From NCBI GenBank assembly GCA_963785725.1, contig CAWAWS010000012.1, forward strand, positions 1 to 60,701: DNA of 60,701 nt. Reading direction: 5' to 3'. The notes under the pieces were generated by a model that saw only the letters and a list, made by a program, of their open reading frames with translations, had not been told where the DNA came from and ran no database searches. The position numbers were made by a program, and so were the translations under genes. Below are positions 55,270-60,701 of the stretch, in pieces. The DNA is from an uncultured delta proteobacterium. Its GTDB lineage: Bacteria > Myxococcota_A > Polyangia > Palsa-1104. Position 1 is the first letter of the stretch. Each line of letters opens with the position of its first letter.

Positions 55270-56934
55270 CTATTGCGTGTGCAGCGCGTCCATCTGCATC
55301 TTGAGCGACTGCAGGTTGGCGAGCACGCTGGCGCCGCCCCAGCTCGGCTGGCACGTGCCGGACACGCACATCGGGCCGGTGTTGCCGAACAGGCGGCCGA
55401 GATCCCAGAACAGGATGCCGCCCATCGTCTTCGACAGCTTGTGGTCGAGCTGGCCGATGAGCGACGTCATGCCGCCGAGGTCGAGATAGTCGCTGCCGGC
55501 GCAGCCTTGGCAGCCGGGCTTGCCGAGCACGAGGCGGTCGGCGCCGAAGCCGTCGAACGCGGGCCACGGTCCCGGATAATAGGCCCACTGATGCCACGGG
55601 TTGCTCGCCTGCGTCGTGTCGCCCGAGGCCGGCCAGCCGTTGGCGAGGTTCTTGTAGCTCTGGTAGGCGCTCGTCGCCTGCGACGCGTCGTCGACACCGC
55701 CGCCGCAGCACGCGGCCTGACCGGCGTTGTAATACTGGATGCCCCAATAATCGAGCTTGGGCGTGCCGTCGGCCTTTTTGCAGTCCTGGTCGAGGCGCGC
55801 CAAGATCCACGAGCTGTCGTCGCCGTTGACCGGCTGCTGGCACTGGCCGCCGAGCACGTCGGGCGGCGTCAGCGGATCGCCGATCGTCGGCGCCGCGCAC
55901 AAGCCGTTGCCGATCTGCGGCACGAATGCGGCGATCATACCGGCCGGAATGGCGTTGATGAGATCGCGCGTCGAGTTGTATTTGTCGCTGCCGTATTGAT
56001 AGACCGAGCCGAGCTCGATATCGACGTCGAAGCCGTCGACGTTGACGCCGTTCTGCTGCTTGAACGTCGCGGCGACGGCCTGCAGCTGCGCGTTCATACC
56101 GGCGACGCCGTTGGCGCTCCACCAGCCGCTGAAGCTCGTCGAGCCGACCTCGCCGCCGAGCGAGAGCATGACCTTCTTGCCTTTGGCCTGCGCCGACTGC
56201 ATCGCCGCCTTCAGGCCGGGCGCGAGCGTGAAGTCGGTGGTCGAGCCGCCACCGGACGCCCAAATTTCGCCGGGGTCGCTCTGAATTTTCCCGTTCGAGA
56301 ATGACAAGAACGAGATGACGTAATGGGTGATCGGCGACTGTCCCGAGTCTTCCCATTGCTTGACTTGGTTGACGGTCGGGTCGGGGCTCGCCGAGCACTC
56401 GGTGCCGTTGGCGCCGATGCCGAAGCCGCACATGACGTTGACGTACGCGACGAGCCGCGAGCCGCCGCTGACGGGCGGCGGCGGCGGCGGCGCGCTGAGG
56501 TCGTTGGGCACGCTGGCGTCGTGGCCGGGCGTCACGGCCATGTCGGACGGGCCGGTCACGGACAGGTCGGGGCTGCTCGCGCCGCCGCCGCCGGCCGTGC
56601 CGCCGCCGCCGGCCAGGCCGGTGCCGCCGGCGCTGCCGCCACCGCCGGCCGTGCCGCCACCGCTCACGCACGTCACCGGCGTCCACAGCGCGGGAACGGC
56701 GTCGGGCGTCCAATTGGAGAGCGCCGTGTGGCCCTGGACGCATTGATAGTCGAGGCCTCCGTAGCTCACGATCGCGCCCGTGGCGTAGGTCGTGCCCGCG
56801 GCCCATTCGGGGACCGGCGTCGGACAGGCGACGGCGAGCGGTCCGCGCTGTCCGTCGGCCGAGCCACCGCAGCCGCTGCTAACGACGATCGAACCAACCA
56901 ACATCATGCCCAGCGCGTATCGAACCACTCGCAT
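55270..56934 (-). CDS. GH18 chitinase lipoprotein with N-terminal CBM5/12 chitin-binding module
   Basis: WAAGTTYATGAIVSYGG..Y.C.Q.HT...W.P...PALW; KVMLSLGG; DGFDVDIE catalytic motif; QYYN; GILFW. Confidence 0.88.
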   Translation of the reverse strand: MRVVRYALGMMLVGSIVVSSGCGGSADGQRGPLAVACPTPVPEWAAGTTYATGAIVSYGGLDYQCVQGHTALSNWTPDAVPALWTPVTCVSGGGTAGGGGSAGGTGLAGGGGTAGGGGASSPDLSVTGPSDMAVTPGHDASVPNDLSAPPPPPPVSGGSRLVAYVNVMCGFGIGANGTECSASPDPTVNQVKQWEDSGQSPITHYVISFLSFSNGKIQSDPGEIWASGGGSTTDFTLAPGLKAAMQSAQAKGKKVMLSLGGEVGSTSFSGWWSANGVAGMNAQLQAVAATFKQQNGVNVDGFDVDIELGSVYQYGSDKYNSTRDLINAIPAGMIAAFVPQIGNGLCAAPTIGDPLTPPDVLGGQCQQPVNGDDSSWILARLDQDCKKADGTPKLDYWGIQYYNAGQAACCGGGVDDASQATSAYQSYKNLANGWPASGDTTQASNPWHQWAYYPGPWPAFDGFGADRLVLGKPGCQGCAGSDYLDLGGMTSLIGQLDHKLSKTMGGILFWDLGRLFGNTGPMCVSGTCQPSWGGASVLANLQSLKMQMDALHTQ

Positions 56935-57181
56935 CCCAGCCTCCGCGGCGCAATTTGACGATCGTGCGCAGCGTGTGCAGATACGAGACCAACGCTTACA
57001 GCGGCGGCGGCGCCTCGTAATCAACGACTTTGGCGGGCGCCGGCTGGGGAAATCGAATCCGGCCATCCATGCGGCATTTACAGCGGAAAACCGTGGTTGA
57101 CAGTGTTCGGCGACGGGCGGGGCCGTCGCGGCAACGAGAGGCGCTGGGCGTGTCCCGGCGGACGACGCTCGCGCGCGACGC

Positions 57182-58408
57182 TTACGAGCGCGGCTGCTTC
57201 GCCATGGCCTCGACGACGGCCTGGCGATTGAGGTGCGCCCGCTCGTAGTCGGGATCGAGCGCGATGGCCGCGTCCAAATCGGTCAAGGCCGACACGAAGT
57301 CGCCGGCGCTGAACTGCATCCAGCCGCGATTGGCCACGTGCGCCGGATTGAGCGGATCGAGGTTCATCGCCTGCGACAGATGCTCGACCGCGTCTTCATA
57401 CTGGTTGTCTTGCGCCAACGACAAGGCCGCGCCCGCGTGCCAATGCGGATTGATCGCGGACTCGGCGGCGCGCGACAGCTCGACGAGCTTGACGAAGTCG
57501 AAAGCCGCTTCCTTATAGAGCCCGAGCTGAAACTCGATACGTGCGCGCATATCGCGCAGCTCCAAATCTTCGGGGTGAATATCGAGCGCGACGTGCAGAT
57601 CGGACAGGGCGCCATCGGCGTCGCCGGCGGCGAGGCGCGTCTCCGCGCGCGCTTTGCGCAGCGGCGCCGCGTCGGGCAAGGCGGCGACGGCGGCGTCCAA
57701 ATCCTTAGTTGCCCCATCCGTCTTGCCTAATGATTGACGCGCCAAATAACGATTGAAATAGGCAATCGGCGAAGGCGTTCCCGTCTCCAGATCTTTGGTG
57801 AAGCTCTTCTCGGCATCCTTATGGAGACCGGCGCGCAGCTCGGCTTTGCCCTGTTCGAAGTGTAAATCGGGATAGCTCGGCTCGAGCTCGCGCGCGGCGC
57901 GATAATCGGCGATGGCCTCGGCGAACTGACCCAATTGATAATAGGCCTGCCCGCGACCGACGCGGAAATCGGCGTTGTCGCCGTCGAGCGCCAGCGCCTT
58001 GGTCAGCTTATGAATGCCGGCCTCGTAATCGCCCGCTTCCAAATCGGTACGCGCTTGCAGCGCCTGAACCATCCCCGGCGTCAACTGGGTATGAATCTCC
58101 AAGCGACCATCTTCGGTAATCGCGGCATGGTCGGTCAGCCACGTCTTACCGCGCGACTTCGTCGCCTTCCCTTTCGCTTTCGCGGTCGTCTTGGGCTTCT
58201 TCGGGCTCGGCTTTGCGACTTTCTTAGCGGCCTTCTTCGCGACGTTCTTTACCGGCTTGGTCGCTTTCGCGTTCGGCTTCTTAGTGGCCGCTTTCTTGGC
58301 CGCGCGCGGCTTAGGCTTCTGCGGCGCTTTGGCTTTAGCTTTAGCTTTGGCTTTGGCTTTGGCTTTGGGCTTAGCGGCGGGCTGCTTGGTCTTCGCTTTT
58401 TTGACCAT
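57182..58408 (-). CDS. TPR protein with histone H1-like Lys/Ala-rich N-terminal tail
   Basis: ~85 aa of K/A/P-rich sequence followed by multiple TPR motifs. Confidence 0.85.
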   Translation of the reverse strand: MVKKAKTKQPAAKPKAKAKAKAKAKAKAPQKPKPRAAKKAATKKPNAKATKPVKNVAKKAAKKVAKPSPKKPKTTAKAKGKATKSRGKTWLTDHAAITEDGRLEIHTQLTPGMVQALQARTDLEAGDYEAGIHKLTKALALDGDNADFRVGRGQAYYQLGQFAEAIADYRAARELEPSYPDLHFEQGKAELRAGLHKDAEKSFTKDLETGTPSPIAYFNRYLARQSLGKTDGATKDLDAAVAALPDAAPLRKARAETRLAAGDADGALSDLHVALDIHPEDLELRDMRARIEFQLGLYKEAAFDFVKLVELSRAAESAINPHWHAGAALSLAQDNQYEDAVEHLSQAMNLDPLNPAHVANRGWMQFSAGDFVSALTDLDAAIALDPDYERAHLNRQAVVEAMAKQPRS

Positions 58409-58455
58409 GCCGCACGATATCACTACGCGACGCGCGAACAGGCAGTAACATTGAC

Positions 58456-58470
58456 TGACCGAGTCGGTCA
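58456..58470. promoter_or_regulatory. Perfect palindrome TGACCGA-G-TCGGTCA (TetR-type operator candidate)
   Basis: Overlaps a TTGACC -35-like box upstream of the TPR gene. Confidence 0.55.
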
Positions 58471-58510
58471 ATTATCGATTCACGCGACCTGTCTAATTCG
58501 ACCTCATGCG

Positions 58511-59128
58511 TCACGGCTCGGCGCGCTGGCGCTGACGATGGGCGGCGGCTTTGGCGCGGTTGCCGCACACCGCCATGCTGCACCAGCGGCGCGCGCGTCC
58601 TCGCGTATGGTCGGCGAACACGAGCGTGCACGTCGGCCCCTCGCACGCCTTGACGTAGCTGAAGTCCTCGTCGCACACGACGGCCGCCAGCGCCTCGGCG
58701 ATCGGCAAGAGCAGCGACTCCGGCGAGCGCCAGCGCCGCGTCACCCGCAGCTCCAGCCGCTCGCCCGCTCCGTGCACGACCTGGGCGAAGGACTCGTTGC
58801 GCTCGAGCAGCCGATTCAGCGGCGCCAGCTCGCGCAGCGCGCCCGTCGCCAGCGGTCGCCCCTTGTGTTTGCGCAGGAAAGCCCGGAACCACTCGCGCAG
58901 CTGCCGCGCCTGCGCCGCCACGAGGTCGAGCTCGCCCGGCAGCGCCCGCGCCCGCACCTGCGCGAGCTCGCTCGTCGAGACCAGGCCGGCATGCTCCAGC
59001 CAGGCCAAGAGGTCCTGCCCGTCGGCGAGCCAGTCGACGGCGACGTCGACCGGCGTCGCCAGCGAGTTGACGAAGTCGAGACCGACCGAGTCGGCCAGGA
59101 ACATGGCGGGTGGCCGCAGCTTTTCCAT
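58511..59128 (-). CDS. ABATE / CGNR zinc-finger regulator
   Basis: LDFVNS, CEGPTC..VF.D.TR...RRWCSMAVCGNRAK. Confidence 0.92.
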   Translation of the reverse strand: MEKLRPPAMFLADSVGLDFVNSLATPVDVAVDWLADGQDLLAWLEHAGLVSTSELAQVRARALPGELDLVAAQARQLREWFRAFLRKHKGRPLATGALRELAPLNRLLERNESFAQVVHGAGERLELRVTRRWRSPESLLLPIAEALAAVVCDEDFSYVKACEGPTCTLVFADHTRGRARRWCSMAVCGNRAKAAAHRQRQRAEP

Positions 59129-59171
59129 CGGGTCTTCGCGCACCTCCAGGCGTCGTGCCTTGCACACCAAC

Positions 59172-59243
59172 GTAACCGCTCCAATGTCACTTGACAAGTT
59201 AGCCGATTGGACTAACCTCTCCAAGCATCACAGAGCAGTTAGC
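59172..59243. promoter_or_regulatory. Two TAACC-N19-AGTTAGC sites, 40 bp apart, in the divergent promoter
   Basis: TAAC 59173 / GTTA 59198 and TAAC 59213 / GTTA 59238, both N21. Confidence 0.7.
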
Positions 59244-59271
59244 GCTTAACCCGAGAGACAAGGAGCCGGGA

Positions 59272-59976
59272 ATGAACCGAGATGCTTTCGCTGTCGTGCT
59301 GGTGCATGGGGCTTGGGCCGATGGGTCGAGTTGGAGGAGCGTCATCGCCGGGCTGCGAGCCGAGGTGACCGAGGTCGTCGCCGCGCCGCTGCCGCTGACG
59401 TCGTTCGCCGAGGACGTGGCGGCCCTCGAGCGGACGCTCGAACGGCTCACGGCTCCGGTGATCCTCGTCGGCCACGCTTACGCGGGCGCGGTCATCGCCG
59501 CCGTGCGCGACCCGAAGGTGGCGGCGCTCGTCTATGTCGCGGCGCTGGCGCCGGACGAGGGCGAGACGGTCGCCGACGTCTTCAACCGCGCGCCGCCGCA
59601 TCCCGACGCGCCCAAGCTCGCCCCCGACGCGCATGGCCTTCTGTGGCTGCCGCGCGCGGCCTTCGGCGCGGCCTTCGCGCAGCATGCGTCGGCCGAGGAG
59701 CGCGCCTGGCTGTCGGCGGTCCAGCGTCCGCTCGCCGCCGCGTGCATCGGCGTGCCCGTCGGCCGGCCGCTGTGGCGCGATTGGCCGAGCTGGTTCCTCG
59801 TCGCCGAAGAGGATCGCATGATCGCCCCGGCGACACAGCGCTTCATGGCCGACCGCATGGGCGCCACCGTGCGGCCGCACCGCGTCGACCACACGCCGAG
59901 CGTCACCGCGCCCGCGACCGTCGTCGACCTCATCCGCGAGGCGCTGAGCGCGCTGGCGGTGCCGAGCGGCCGATGA
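59272..59976 (+). CDS. Alpha/beta hydrolase
   Basis: VLVHGAWADGSSW, GHAYAG elbow (Ala at the usual Ser), D.MI, DH. Confidence 0.85.
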   Translation: MNRDAFAVVLVHGAWADGSSWRSVIAGLRAEVTEVVAAPLPLTSFAEDVAALERTLERLTAPVILVGHAYAGAVIAAVRDPKVAALVYVAALAPDEGETVADVFNRAPPHPDAPKLAPDAHGLLWLPRAAFGAAFAQHASAEERAWLSAVQRPLAAACIGVPVGRPLWRDWPSWFLVAEEDRMIAPATQRFMADRMGATVRPHRVDHTPSVTAPATVVDLIREALSALAVPSGR

Positions 59977-59979
59977 CGA

Positions 59980-60011
59980 CTAACCGCACTGACGCTTCTT
60001 ACGAAGTTAGC
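59980..60011. promoter_or_regulatory. Third TAACC-N19-AGTTAGC site
   Basis: TAAC 59981 / GTTA 60006; directly before SD AAGGAG. Confidence 0.7.
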
Positions 60012-60025
60012 AAAAGGAGAAGACC

Positions 60026-60701
60026 ATGAATACCATTCGTTATCGCTACGCGGACGTCGACGGCTTCCGCCTCTTTTATCGCGAGGCCGGCCGCGTGGGT
60101 GCGCCCAAGCTGCTCTTGCTGCACGGCTTCCCGAGCTCGAGCCACATGTTCCGCGACCTCATGCCGCTCCTCGCCGATCGCTTTCACCTGGTGGCGCCCG
60201 ATCTGCCCGGCTTTGGTCGCTCCGACATGCCCGCGCACGACCGCTTCGAGTATTCGTTCGAGCGGCTGGCCGCCATCGTCGATCGCTTCACCGAGGTGGT
60301 CGGCTTCGTTCGCTTCGCGCTCTACATCTTCGATTATGGCGCGCCGACCGGGCTGCGCATCGCCATGCGGCATCCCGAGCGCATCACCGCCATCGTCTCG
60401 CAGAACGGCAACGCCTACGAAGCCGGGCTCAGCGACGGCTGGAATCCGATCCGCGCCTATTGGCAGGACGGGTCGGCGACGAACCGCGAGGCGCTGCGCA
60501 GCATGCTGACCGCGGAGACGACGCGCTGGCAGTACGTGCACGGCGTGCCCGACGAGTCGCGGGTCTCGCCCGACGGCTACTCGCTCGACAGCTTCTACTT
60601 GGCGCGCGCCGGCATGGACGACATCCAGCTCGATCTCTTCGGCGACTACAAGAGCAACGTGGCGCTCTATCCCTCGTTCCAGCAGTATTTCCGTACGCAC
60701 A
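60026..60701 (+). CDS. Alpha/beta hydrolase, epoxide hydrolase/dehalogenase-like (partial; not in the ORF track)
   Basis: MNTIRYRYADVDGFRLFYREAG...LLLHGFPSSSHMF..APDLPGFG..FDYGAP; open to the window end. Confidence 0.88.
   Translation, partial: MNTIRYRYADVDGFRLFYREAGRVGAPKLLLLHGFPSSSHMFRDLMPLLADRFHLVAPDLPGFGRSDMPAHDRFEYSFERLAAIVDRFTEVVGFVRFALYIFDYGAPTGLRIAMRHPERITAIVSQNGNAYEAGLSDGWNPIRAYWQDGSATNREALRSMLTAETTRWQYVHGVPDESRVSPDGYSLDSFYLARAGMDDIQLDLFGDYKSNVALYPSFQQYFRTH

Overview
High-GC bacterial window, most consistent with a myxobacterium (Myxococcota, Polyangia-like). This is inferred from a MYXO-CTERM-type sorting tail, tandem PilZ, many Cys-rich lipoproteins and a split nuo cluster. It is mostly core metabolism: pdhA-pdhB-pdhC-lipA-panE, a complete trpEGDCFBA operon, glyA, accD-folC, nuoABCD-G-H-I, plsC, and an Opp/Dpp ABC module with no ATPase. 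These are interspersed with envelope and secreted proteins (GH18 chitinase, matrixin protease, a ~915-aa repeat protein) and regulators (TetR, MarR, Crp, XRE, CGNR/ABATE). A probable 6S RNA lies on the minus strand at ~43722-43908. pdhB and a GT2 glycosyltransferase each carry several single-base indels, probably sequencing errors. No tRNA, rRNA, CRISPR or transposase was seen. The most novel signals are: (1) a phased 5 x 21-bp palindrome array in front of marR; (2) three identically spaced TAAC-N21-GTTA sites around the CGNR/ABATE regulator and its hydrolases; (3) a matched TetR operator pair; (4) a REP-like 26-mer that includes the stop codon of two unrelated genes; (5) a TIMP/NTR-like protein coupled to a metzincin; (6) the giant FPLF-repeat protein locus. 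All calls are from reading the sequence by eye; no searches were run.
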